64,000 nucleotides of DNA from Ichthyobacteriaceae bacterium (GTDB lineage Bacteria; Bacteroidota; Bacteroidia; Flavobacteriales; JADGDT01). The stretch covers positions 9,837 through 73,836 of the forward strand of contig JAGLDK010000008.1 of NCBI GenBank assembly GCA_023145615.1, read 5' to 3'. A program made the position numbers and the translations under genes. Shown one piece after another: positions 1-9,960 of the stretch. Positions within the stretch are counted from its first letter, which is position 1. Each line of letters starts with the position of its first letter. The notes under the pieces are model-generated. The model ran no database searches. It saw nothing but the letters and a program-made list of their open reading frames with translations, and was not told the origin of the DNA.

Positions 1-1034
1 ATACTTTTGGTCATTTCAAGCGTAGCAAATTTTGCTCCTTTTTTCGATCTATATTCTAAAGTATCTAAATCTAAAGAAAGTATCTCCTTTTTACCTTCGG
101 CATTAACCGTTTTTTTATAAAAACCTTGTTTCGATTTCGAACCTAACCAACCATTTTCCATCATGGTTTCAACATACTTAGGTATGGCAAATAAATCGTG
201 AGCCTCGTCATTTGGCACTCCTTTATAAAGTCCGTTGGCAACATGCACCAAAGTATCAAGCCCAACCACATCAACAGTTCGGAAAGTTGCAGATTTTGCT
301 CGTCCAATTACCGGACCTGTAAGTTTATCAACCTCCTCAATAGTAAGCCCCATTTCTTTTACAACATGAAACAGTTCCATAATACTATAAATACCAACTC
401 TGTTGGCAATAAAAGCAGGAGTATCTTTTGCTAGCACCGATGTTTTACCTAAATATTGCTCGCCGTAATTCATTAAGAATTCAACAATTTTGGTATCGGT
501 TTTTTTAGTAGGAATTACTTCGAAAAGTTTTAAATAACGTGGTGGGTTAAAAAAGTGCGTACCACAAAAATGCTTCTGAAAATCTTCATCTCTATCGGTA
601 ATCATCATATTAATAGGAATACCCGATGTGTTTGATGTAATTAAAGAGCCTTGTTTACGATATTTAACAACATTATCGAAAACAATTTTTTTAATATCTA
701 ACCTTTCCACAACAACCTCCATTACCCAATCGGCATCTTTTATTTTGGGCATATCATCGTCAAAGTTTCCGGTTGTAATTAAACTGGCAAACTCTTTTTT
801 ATAAATAGGCGAAGGATTAGATTTAAGCGTGCTTTTAAGTGCATCGTTTACAATTCTATTCCTTACTATTTTATTTTCAATAGTAAGTCCTTTTAATTTT
901 TCTTTATCATCAAGCTCACGAGGCACAATATCAAGTAGAAGAACTTCTACACCAATATTTGCAAAATGGCATGCAATACGAGACCCCATAATTCCGGAAC
1001 CAAGTATGGCTACTTTTTTAATTGCTCTGTTCAT
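1..1034 (-). CDS. 3-hydroxyacyl-CoA dehydrogenase family protein, N-terminal part (gene continues past the left window edge)
   Basis: Own translation of the minus strand from ATG at 1034-1032: MNRAIKKVAILGSGIMGSRIACHFANIGVEVLLLDI... This is the Rossmann GxGxxG NAD-binding N-terminus of FadB/Hbd-type dehydrogenases. The frame stays open to position 1. It is absent from the ORF track because the window edge truncates it. Confidence 0.85.
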   Translation of the reverse strand, partial: MNRAIKKVAILGSGIMGSRIACHFANIGVEVLLLDIVPRELDDKEKLKGLTIENKIVRNRIVNDALKSTLKSNPSPIYKKEFASLITTGNFDDDMPKIKDADWVMEVVVERLDIKKIVFDNVVKYRKQGSLITSNTSGIPINMMITDRDEDFQKHFCGTHFFNPPRYLKLFEVIPTKKTDTKIVEFLMNYGEQYLGKTSVLAKDTPAFIANRVGIYSIMELFHVVKEMGLTIEEVDKLTGPVIGRAKSATFRTVDVVGLDTLVHVANGLYKGVPNDEAHDLFAIPKYVETMMENGWLGSKSKQGFYKKTVNAEGKKEILSLDLDTLEYRSKKGAKFATLEMTKS

Positions 1035-1438
1035 ACAATTTTGGATTGTTATTAGTTTTATTTTTTGCTTCTGACAATGCCAAAAACATAGTAAGTTTTA
1101 TTTTAAAATAATATTGATTAAAAGCGAACGAGTTAACACTATTAATACTAATTAAATTTTTTTTATTGATTATCAAGAGGTTTAAATTGCACATTGATAA
1201 TTAACAATTATTAATACCTCTTTCTAAGTTATACTATAATTTAATAATAAGTACCATGACTTAATTATTTGTTTACATTATTTTAAAATAACTAGTATTT
1301 ATAGGTACTGGGGAATTAACTGTTACTTATATCAACACTCCGTTAAATTAACAACGTGTAGTTATCTGTAAAGTTATCAACTTAACACTTTAAAAATTAA
1401 GCAATATTAAATTACTGTAGTGTTTTATACACTTATAT

Positions 1439-1460
1439 ATTGATTGATTGATTGATTGAT
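1439..1460. repeat. Tetranucleotide microsatellite (ATTG)x5.5
   Basis: Direct reading ATTGATTGATTGATTGATTGAT, in the 471-bp spacer between the MarR stop (1506) and the dehydrogenase start (1034). Confidence 0.95.
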
Positions 1461-1505
1461 ACATAATGCCATACGAAAAAAAATAACAGACTATTATATA
1501 TGATA

Positions 1506-1949
1506 TTAATCTCCTAAAATTTTTTCATCGTGACTCATTTTTATAATCAAATCGGCTACTTCGTAAAAGTGTTTTAATTTTTGAGGAGACACGTTTTCTC
1601 CCATAACTATATTGAATTTTTCGACTGATTTTTCTGTAATATTTCGTATTTCCATCCCCTTTTCTGTTAAGCAAACAAGCCTACCTCTTCCATCTTTAGG
1701 GTTATCTTTTCGATAAATCAACTTTTTTTCTTCTAACGATTTTAAAGTTCTCGACAAACTTGTTGACTCAACACCCATACGAGGACCAAGCCTAGTTGAT
1801 GGAGTACATCCATCGGGACTAATTGATAAAAGTGTAAAACCTTGCGCCATACTATAGCCATATTTAGCCGCTCTATCAGCATACATTTTCACTACTCCTT
1901 GCCACGCCATACGCAACATTAAATCAATTGTTCTTGTATTTTCCTCCAT
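1506..1949 (-). CDS. MarR family transcriptional regulator
   Basis: 147 aa with a winged-helix core typical of MarR (..TPSTRLGPRMGVESTSLSRTLKSLEEKKLIYRKDNPKDGRGRLVCLTEKG..). It sits upstream of, and co-oriented with, the acyl-CoA dehydrogenase-type gene. Confidence 0.85.
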   Translation of the reverse strand: MEENTRTIDLMLRMAWQGVVKMYADRAAKYGYSMAQGFTLLSISPDGCTPSTRLGPRMGVESTSLSRTLKSLEEKKLIYRKDNPKDGRGRLVCLTEKGMEIRNITEKSVEKFNIVMGENVSPQKLKHFYEVADLIIKMSHDEKILGD

Positions 1950-2166
1950 TATTTTATTGTTTTCGTAATATATTTAACGGTTTCGTCATTATTATTATAT
2001 ATAAATATAAACCCAATTATTAAATTCTTATTAATTTTTATAATCAAGATATAATTTAAGTATATAATTTAATATCATAAACTTAAACATCACTTACTAT
2101 GCAAACATAGTAAAAAAACTTATATTTTACCCCCATAAAAAACAATGTATTACAACCTAAATAATA

Positions 2167-2174
2167 TACTTTTG
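2167..2174 (+). promoter_or_regulatory. Candidate Bacteroidota sigma-A -7 box (TACTTTTG)
   Basis: Matches the TAnnTTTG consensus, 64 nt upstream of ATG 2238. It shares the TACTTTTGCAC core with the rpsA candidate. No clear -33 TTG. Confidence 0.35.
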
Positions 2175-2237
2175 CACCCGTTACCCCCATTTACTAAACA
2201 TTATACATTTATTTATACAACTTATTAAATATTGAGT

Positions 2238-5200
2238 ATGACACGTAAATTACTTAAACAACTTATGTTGAGCTTTATGCTTACAATGTTGTTCTTTAAC
2301 CTTCAAGCCCAGGTTACAACATCAAATATTGATGGTGTAGTAAAAGACCCAACTGGAGAAACACTACCAGGAGCAAATATTGTTGCCATTCACACCCCAT
2401 CGGGTACAACTTACGGAGCAACAGCCAACATATACGGAAAGTTTATTATTCCGGATACTAGAGTTGGTGGACCGTACACTATTACAGTTTCGTTTATTGG
2501 ATACAACAACTATACTATTAATGGAATAACTCTAAATTTAGGAGAAACTTACTCAATAAACGCAAATCTTACAGATGGTGCTTTAGCACTTGACAATGTT
2601 GTTGTTATTGCCGAAAAAAATGCGGTAATTGATAGAAAACGTACCGGATCGGCAATTAACATTTCTAGTAAAACAATTAAACAAATGCCAACAATTTCTC
2701 GTTCGCAAGAGGATTTAACAAGGTTAACTCCTAGTAGCGACGGTAATAGTTTTGGTGGTAGAAATAGTCAGTTTAATAACTTTTCTTTAGACGGTTCAAT
2801 CTTCAATAACCCTTTCGGACTTGATGCTGCCACTCCTGGTGGACAAACAAAGTCTCAACCAATATCGTTAGATGCTATTGAGCAAGTACAGGTTTCGTTA
2901 GCTCCTTTCGATGTTACTCAGGCTGGTTTTACAGGTGCGGCAGTAAATGCGGTTACTAAATCAGGAACTAATGAGTTTAAAGGTACTGTTTATGATTTTT
3001 ACCGTAATCAAAACATGACAGGAAATAAAGTATCAGGGAAAAAAATTGAAAGAGCCGATTTAAATCAGTTGCAAACGGGTGTTTCAGTTGGTGGTCCAAT
3101 TATTAAAAACAAACTTTTCTTTTTCTCAAACTTCGAAATTGAAAGACGTAGTGATTTAGGTACTCCTTATAAGGCTCGTAATGAAGGCGAAAAAGTAGGT
3201 GGTGTAACTTCTCGAATTACTGCCGATGACATGAAGATGGTATCAAAATTATTGAAAGATAATTATGGTTACGAAACTGGTGCTTACGAAAACTACATGC
3301 GTTATACTGGTAACCAAAAAGGTATTATAAAAATTGATTGGAATATTAGTAAGCAACATACTCTATCGGCTAAATACAACTTTTTAAGAGCCAGCAGAGA
3401 TATGAATGCACACCCAAGTGCAATTGGACGAAGAGGTCCGGATTTAACAACTTTACAATTCGAAAATTCAGGATACAGAATTAACAACAATTTAGATTCT
3501 TGGATTGCAGAAATAAATTCTAGATTCGAAAACTCATCTAACAAACTATTATTTGGATACACTGAGTTTAACGATTGGAGAGATGCTTTTTCTGATCCTT
3601 TTCCAACTATCAACATTAACCAAGCCAATGTTAGAGGTATTGTTGCAGGTATGGAGCCATTTTCTATAAACAACGTATTAAACCAAAGAGTTTTTCAGGT
3701 TACTGATAACTTTAACTATTATTTAGGCGATCACGTTATTACTGCAGGTGGATCTTTCGAAAAATTCATGTTTAAAAACTCTTTCAATCTTGGTGCTTAC
3801 GATGGCGTATTCAGACCAGGATATACTGATATAGATGAGTTTAAAAAGGCTATTGAAAGTGACGATTTTAGAAATAAAGTTAACGAAGCTAGAGCTACTG
3901 CTGATGCAGGAAATTGGAGTTGGGCATATACAAATGTTGGACAGGTTGCTGCATTTATTCAGGATAAATGGAAAGTTAACGAAAAGTTTACTTTAACTTA
4001 TGGTGTAAGAATGGATATGCCATTGTTCTTTGATACTGCCGAAATGCTTGAAAATAAAATTGAAGAAAATCCACAAGGAGGTTCTCAATGGAATACTTCT
4101 GATAGCGAAGGAAATGATTTGGGTGGAAAAGTATATTACGATAATGATGGTAATTATCAAACTATTGATAACTCTAAATTTCCGGTACAAAAACCATTAT
4201 TTTCTCCTAGAGTTGGTTTCAATTACGATATAAAAGGTGATAAAACACTTCAACTACGTGGTGGATCTGGACTATTTACTGGTAGATTACCATTTGTATG
4301 GATTGGAAACCAAGTACAAAATTATAACTCTTGGTATTTTAACTCTACTACCGAAAACTTTAAGTTTCCACAAGTTTGGAGAAACAACTTAGGTTTTGAT
4401 GCTAATTTAGGTAAAGGTTGGTCTATTGAAAGTGATGCTATTTTTACACAAGATATTGCTGCTCCAATTGTTAAAAACTATGCTTTAGGAAATCCTACCG
4501 GAAAAATTAACATTAATGGTTACGGAGATAACAGACCTGTTTATAACAACGAAGATCAGGTATATATTCCTGTAAAACAAACAAACAAACGCTTATGTTT
4601 TCGAAAACATGAACGATGGTTACAGTTTTAACTTGTCTTTGCAGGTTAAAAAACAATTCAACAACGGGTTATTTACAAGTTTAGGATATAACTTTTTAGA
4701 TGCAAAAGACTATTCGTCAATAGCAGCCGAAATATCGAGTGATGCTTACGACAGAAATCCACATAGTGGAAATGCAAACAACCCTACTCTATCAGCATCA
4801 ATGTACGGTAACAAACACCGTTTTGTATTTGTAGCTGGTAAAACTTTTAACTGGAACGAAAATTGGGCAACTACTATTTCGGTTATTGGAGAAGCTTCTC
4901 AGGGTGGTAGATTTAATTATACTTACTCTGGAGATATAAATAAAGATCACTCTAATATGAATGATTTACTTTATATTCCTACAAAAAACGAAATTATAAA
5001 CAAAATGGAGTTTAACGAGTATAAAGTTGAAGATTTCGAAAATCCTGGAGCTACTAAAATTGTTAACGAAACTCAACAACGTAAAGCGTTTGAAGCATTT
5101 ATTGAGCAAGACACTTATTTAAGTGATAACCGTGGTAGTTTTGTTGAAAAATATGCAATTTTAAGTCCATGGTATTCAAAGTTCGATTTAAGATTAATGC

Positions 5201-5472
5201 AAGATTTTAACTTTAAAATAGGTAGTAAAACAAACACTGTTCAGTTTACTTGCGATATTATGAATGTTGGAAATTTACTATACTCAAATTGGGGTGTTAA
5301 ACAATTACCTGTAAATACACAACCTGTTGGAGTTAGTTATACTGATGCTAAGGGAAATTCATCTGAAAATCCAAGATACACTTTTGATGTTGAACAAAAA
5401 TCAACTTTTGTTGATGACTTTAATTTAATGAGTCGTTGGCAAATGCAACTTGGTTTAAGATATATTTTCTAA
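2238..5472 (+). pseudogene. TonB-dependent receptor (CarboxypepD_reg + plug + beta-barrel) interrupted by a frameshift near 4575-4631
   Basis: ORFs 2232..4631 (799 aa; likely true start ATG 2238, signal peptide ..FNLQAQ) and 4609..5472 (287 aa) are the N- and C-terminal parts of one receptor. The first has the carboxypeptidase-regulatory-like and plug motifs. The second ends in the barrel terminus ..LGLRYIF. The frames differ by +1 and the switch lies at an (AAAC)4 repeat. Confidence 0.8.
4575..4590 (+). repeat. (AAAC)x4 tetranucleotide repeat at the frameshift site of the TonB-dependent receptor
   Basis: Direct reading gtaAAACAAACAAACAAACgc. Removing one 4-nt unit joins the two ORFs (..PVKQTNAYVFENMNDGYSFNL..). 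Confidence 0.95.
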
Positions 5473-5494
5473 ATCAATAATAAATAAGAGTAAT

Positions 5495-5537
5495 AAAAAA
5501 GGAGCAATTTCTGAATTCAGAAATTGCTCCTTTTTTA
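5495..5537. terminator. Bidirectional rho-independent terminator
   Basis: Perfect palindrome GGAGCAATTTCTGAATTCAGAAATTGCTCC flanked by an A-run and a T-run, between convergent genes (5472 + / 5591 -). Confidence 0.85.
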
Positions 5538-5590
5538 TTTGAATCTAAGTTATAATTATAATAGAACCTAGTATTTTTAATTTAGTAAAA

Positions 5591-6226
5591 TTATTTACGA
5601 TTATTATTATTATTACTATAATTATTTGTTTTATAATTAGTTTGACGAGTTTTACTATCGTTAGAATAATTTTTCTTGTTATTAAACTCGCTTCTCAAAC
5701 TTATTTGCTGATTTCTTAAATCTATATTTCCATCAGATAACTCATACAAATGCTTTAAAATTGTTTCATCATCAACTGTATCTTTATTCCAGTTTAGGAA
5801 ACTCTTTTTCATATGATTTGCCAAAGCCATAATTAATAGCTCCTTTTCCTCAAAATCTTCTCTAGAAATTGCAACAGCAATCATCTTTTTTAAATTCAAA
5901 CCGTAAAAACGATATTTTCTACTTTTTTCGGGATAGACTAACATCTCAGGCTTTTCGGTAAAAAATTCTTCTGAAGGAATTGGATACGGAGAATCAACAT
6001 CAATTTTAAACTTCGACATAATAAATAACTGATCCCACAATTTGTGTTTAAAATCAGGTACATCACGTAAGTGTGGATTTAAATTACCCATTACTTCAAT
6101 TATAGCAAGGGCTGTATCATTACGCTCATCTCTATCTTCAATGCTAACACAATAATTAACCATTTTCTGAACATTACGTCCATATTCTGGAATAATTAAT
6201 TTTTCTCTTATAGTATTATAATCCAT
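5591..6226 (-). CDS. DUF4290 domain-containing protein
   Basis: 211 aa. The N-terminus MDYNTIREKLIIPEYGRNVQKMV..NPHLRDVPDFKHKLWDQLF matches the conserved Bacteroidota DUF4290 family as I recall it. It has a low-complexity N/K-rich tail. Confidence 0.7.
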   Translation of the reverse strand: MDYNTIREKLIIPEYGRNVQKMVNYCVSIEDRDERNDTALAIIEVMGNLNPHLRDVPDFKHKLWDQLFIMSKFKIDVDSPYPIPSEEFFTEKPEMLVYPEKSRKYRFYGLNLKKMIAVAISREDFEEKELLIMALANHMKKSFLNWNKDTVDDETILKHLYELSDGNIDLRNQQISLRSEFNNKKNYSNDSKTRQTNYKTNNYSNNNNNRK

Positions 6227-6745
6227 TAAAAAAATATTTGATTAAAATAGTAGTGTAACCTTTTTCGGCACAATAAATTTATTCGGTAATTTATACTAAA
6301 ACACTCCGTTAAAATAACAGTTATAAATTAAACACAATATATTAAAGAAAAGTTGTTTTGAAGATTCCTGAAAATTAAATCGTAATAATTACCTATTAAT
6401 AATAGTAGTAATGCAAATTTACTTAAAAAAAATCAAATACAATTAAAATATAAATGAATAACTACGCTTTTTATTGAAAAACAAATTAAATACTGAATCA
6501 GTAACATAATAATAGCCCATTACTTTTTGTCGTAACACACTATACACCAATTAATTAATACATAAAAAACTACAGCAATTTAATGTTTTATATTACTGAT
6601 TTTTAGAACATTAAATTAATAACTGCACATTGATAATTTAACATAGTGTTGCATAACAAATACCTTTATTTACAACCCAACATTTATAATATTAAGCTGA
6701 TAATTAGCAGTGCTATAACTGTGCAATTAATACAAATATTAATCA

Positions 6746-6753
6746 TAAATTTG
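6746..6753 (+). promoter_or_regulatory. Candidate -7 box (TAAATTTG) for mtaB
   Basis: Matches TAnnTTTG, 55 nt upstream of ATG 6808. Confidence 0.35.
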
Positions 6754-6807
6754 CAAAACAAACTACTCTCCAAATTTCATTTAGTTTAGATTAAAGAGAA
6801 AATAAAA

Positions 6808-8121
6808 ATGGATAATAAAAAAGTTGCATTTTACACGCTTGGTTGTAAATTAAATTTTTCTGAAACATCAACAATATCACGCCAATTTATTAATAAAGGT
6901 TATGATAAAGTTGAGTTTAACGAACCTGCCGACATATATGTTATTAACACTTGCTCGGTTACCGAAAATGCCGATAAGCGTTTTAAAACCACAGTAAAAA
7001 CAGCACTTAAAACTAATCCGAAAGCATTTATAATTGCTATTGGATGTTATGCTCAGCTAAAACCCGAAGAACTTGCCGATTTAAACGGTGTTGATTTGGT
7101 GCTTGGTGCTACCGAAAAATTTAAAATAACAAACTACATAAACGATCTTAGTAAAAAAGAATTTGCCGAAGTACATTCGTGCGAAATTGAAGACGTAAAT
7201 ATTTACGAAGGTTCGTATTCGGTTGGAGATAGAACTCGTGCTTTTTTAAAAATTCAGGATGGATGCGATTATAAATGTACTTATTGTACTATTCCACTTG
7301 CAAGAGGTATTTCTCGTTCCGATACTTTAGATAATGTAATTAAAAACGCCAAAGAAATTACAGCTAAAGGAATTAAAGAAATTGTTATTACTGGAATTAA
7401 TACCGGAGATTACGGAAAAGGAGAGAATGGTGATAAAAAACATCAACATACTTTTTTAGATTTAGTTAAAAAGTTAGATGAAATTGAAAATTTAGCAAGG
7501 GTTAGAATTTCATCAATAGAACCAAATTTATTAAAAAACGAAACTATTGAATTTGTTTCGAAATCTAATTCGTTTGTTCCTCATTTTCATATACCATTAC
7601 AATCGGGTAATGATGAAATTTTAGGGTTAATGAAACGTAGATATAAACGAGATTTATATACTAACAGAGTTGAACAAATAAAAATATTAATGCCCGATGC
7701 AGCAATTGGAGTTGATGTAATTGTTGGTTTCCCGGGCGAAACCGACGAGTATTTTATGGATACTTTTAAGTATTTAAAACAACTTGATGTTGCGTATTTT
7801 CATGTTTTTACATATTCGGAAAGAGACAACACCGAAGCTGTATTAATGGATAATGTTGTGCCAATGGCAGTACGTAACAAACGTAGTAAAATGTTGCGTG
7901 GATTATCGGTAAAGAAAAAAAGAGCTTTTTACGAAAGCCAAATTGGAAAACAAAAAACTGTAATATTCGAAGCTGATAATAAAAATGGTTTCATGCACGG
8001 ATTTACCGAAAATTATGTAAAAGTTAAAACCAAATTTAACAGCAACTTAATTAATCAAGAAAAAGAAGTTGAACTTGTTGAAATTGATGAAGATGGAGAT
8101 TTCATTATCAACATACTTTAA
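6808..8121 (+). CDS. mtaB: tRNA (t6A37) methylthiotransferase MtaB (radical SAM MTTase)
   Basis: 437 aa. It has the N-terminal MTTase domain (FYTLGCKLNFSE), the radical-SAM CxxxCxxC motif (CDYKCTYC) and a C-terminal TRAM-like region. Confidence 0.9.
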   Translation: MDNKKVAFYTLGCKLNFSETSTISRQFINKGYDKVEFNEPADIYVINTCSVTENADKRFKTTVKTALKTNPKAFIIAIGCYAQLKPEELADLNGVDLVLGATEKFKITNYINDLSKKEFAEVHSCEIEDVNIYEGSYSVGDRTRAFLKIQDGCDYKCTYCTIPLARGISRSDTLDNVIKNAKEITAKGIKEIVITGINTGDYGKGENGDKKHQHTFLDLVKKLDEIENLARVRISSIEPNLLKNETIEFVSKSNSFVPHFHIPLQSGNDEILGLMKRRYKRDLYTNRVEQIKILMPDAAIGVDVIVGFPGETDEYFMDTFKYLKQLDVAYFHVFTYSERDNTEAVLMDNVVPMAVRNKRSKMLRGLSVKKKRAFYESQIGKQKTVIFEADNKNGFMHGFTENYVKVKTKFNSNLINQEKEVELVEIDEDGDFIINIL

Positions 8122-8259
8122 ATTACATAGTAATCTTACAAATTTCGTGATTTATATAATAGTTATTACCGTTAATATAGATAGTAACTATAACACTACA
8201 TTTGTAATAAAACCAATTACATTTTAAAAACCACAGCTAAAAACTACTTAGTAAACCAC

Positions 8260-9858
8260 ATGAAAAATATTATTTTATCGATAATTGCGGGGTTGTTATT
8301 ATCGTTTAGTTGGCCTACAAATGGATTTGCGGGCTTATTATTTATTGCATTTATTCCTCTGTTGTATATTACTCAGGAAATTTACAAATTGAACCAGAAA
8401 AAAAGTGGCTATAAAGTTTTCGGACTTGCATATATTACTTTTGTAATTTGGAATTTCTACACAACTTGGTGGCTACATAATTCCGACTTTTACGCTGGAT
8501 TATTTGCAGTACTTGCAAATTCGGCATTATTAGCTTTGGTGTGGCGTTTGTATTTTATGATAAAAAAACGTGCCGGAAATCATCTATCATTTATGTTTTT
8601 GCCTGCCATTTGGATTGCCTTCGAAAAACTTCATTTAATGTGGGAAATTTCGTGGCCATGGCTAAACTTAGGAAACGGATTTGCCGAATATTACAAATGG
8701 ATTCAGTGGTATGAATACACAGGTGCTTTTGGTGGTACTTTTTGGGTATTACTTGTAAACATTACGTTGTTTGCAGGATTAACCAAATATTTAGAAACTT
8801 CGGATGTTAAAAAAGCAATTCCAGCCTTAATCAGAGGTGCTGTTTTTATAGTTATTCCTATTTCGTATTCTTATTATGTATATAATACTTATTCCGAAAA
8901 AGGAGAAAAAACAGAGGTTGTAGTTCTTCAGCCAAATATTGATCCTTATAAAAATAAATTCGATACAGGAGATGAAGAATTAGGTAGGCAGTTAATTGAA
9001 TTAGCTAACCAAAAAGTTACAAGCAATACATCGTTTGTTTTTGGTCCGGAAACTTCTTTACCCGATGGAATGAATATAAACGCCATTAAAAACTACAGAA
9101 TTTCTAAAGAAATAAACAACTTTACAAAAACACACAACAACACTACTTTTGTTACTGGTGCTACTTTGGTTAATTTTTATTCTGAAGAAAACAAAACTGA
9201 AACATCGAATAGAACACGCAACGGCAAACATTGGTACGATATATATAACACTGCAATTAGGTTTGGCAAAAATTTAGATTCTATTGATCTTTACCATAAA
9301 TCGAAATTGGTTGTTGGTGTTGAAAACATGCCTTTCAGAGAAGTTATACAACCTCTACTTGGAGATTTTATAATAAACCTTGGAGGTACGGTAGGTACAC
9401 ATGTTACGCAAAAAGAAAGAAGTGTTTTTGCTGATAAAAACAAACAAATATACACTGCACCAGTAATTTGTTACGAGTCGGTTTATGGAGAGTTTGTTAC
9501 CGGATATGTAAACAATGGAGCTAATATGCTTTCGGTAATTACAAACGATGGTTGGTGGGGTAACTCACAAGGACACAAACAACATTTATCTTTTTCGAGA
9601 TTAAGAGCTATTGAAAACCGAAGACCAGTTGCACGATCGGCAAACACTGGAATTTCGGCATTAATAAATCAGAAAGGAGATATAATTAAAAGCCTTGAAT
9701 ACGGAAAAAAAGGAGCTATTAAAGGAGATATAATTTTAAATAACGAGCTTACTATATATACTTTATTTGGAGATTATATTGCAAGAGTTGCTGTACTTAT
9801 AGCTGGTATAATTTTTGTTTATGCACTTACTGTAAAGAAAAAAAGTATGGTTTATTAA
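8260..9858 (+). CDS. lnt: Apolipoprotein N-acyltransferase
   Basis: 532 aa. It has a multi-TM N-terminal half and a C-terminal CN-hydrolase domain with the catalytic-Cys context PVICYESVYGEF. Confidence 0.9.
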   Translation: MKNIILSIIAGLLLSFSWPTNGFAGLLFIAFIPLLYITQEIYKLNQKKSGYKVFGLAYITFVIWNFYTTWWLHNSDFYAGLFAVLANSALLALVWRLYFMIKKRAGNHLSFMFLPAIWIAFEKLHLMWEISWPWLNLGNGFAEYYKWIQWYEYTGAFGGTFWVLLVNITLFAGLTKYLETSDVKKAIPALIRGAVFIVIPISYSYYVYNTYSEKGEKTEVVVLQPNIDPYKNKFDTGDEELGRQLIELANQKVTSNTSFVFGPETSLPDGMNINAIKNYRISKEINNFTKTHNNTTFVTGATLVNFYSEENKTETSNRTRNGKHWYDIYNTAIRFGKNLDSIDLYHKSKLVVGVENMPFREVIQPLLGDFIINLGGTVGTHVTQKERSVFADKNKQIYTAPVICYESVYGEFVTGYVNNGANMLSVITNDGWWGNSQGHKQHLSFSRLRAIENRRPVARSANTGISALINQKGDIIKSLEYGKKGAIKGDIILNNELTIYTLFGDYIARVAVLIAGIIFVYALTVKKKSMVY

Positions 9859-9882
9859 AACATCATACAACATTATAAGTAC

Positions 9883-9921
9883 AAAAAAGTCCTATCAACA
9901 AATATTGATAGGACTTTTTTT
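9883..9921. terminator. Bidirectional rho-independent terminator
   Basis: GTCCTATCAA / TTGATAGGAC 10-bp stem flanked by A6 and T7, between convergent lnt and the TonB-dependent receptor. Confidence 0.85.
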
Positions 9922-9960
9922 ATTGTTACTTGAACTTAATTTTAATTCTTAATAATTTTA

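Noticed and set aside
3302-3673. 123-aa minus-strand ORF inside the TonB-dependent receptor gene, plus similar shadow ORFs at 3993..4190, 4030..4233, 10621..10830 and 12311..12547.
   Set aside because: They lie entirely inside well-supported receptor genes on the opposite strand or in another frame. Their composition is low-complexity and hydrophobic, as expected from antisense reading of AT-rich coding DNA, and no family resemblance is visible.
4609-5472. The 287-aa ORF as an independent gene starting at ATG 4609.
   Set aside because: It encodes only the C-terminal barrel strands of a TonB-dependent receptor, with no signal peptide or plug. Its frame is open upstream of the ATG and continues the upstream ORF once the (AAAC) repeat frameshift is corrected.
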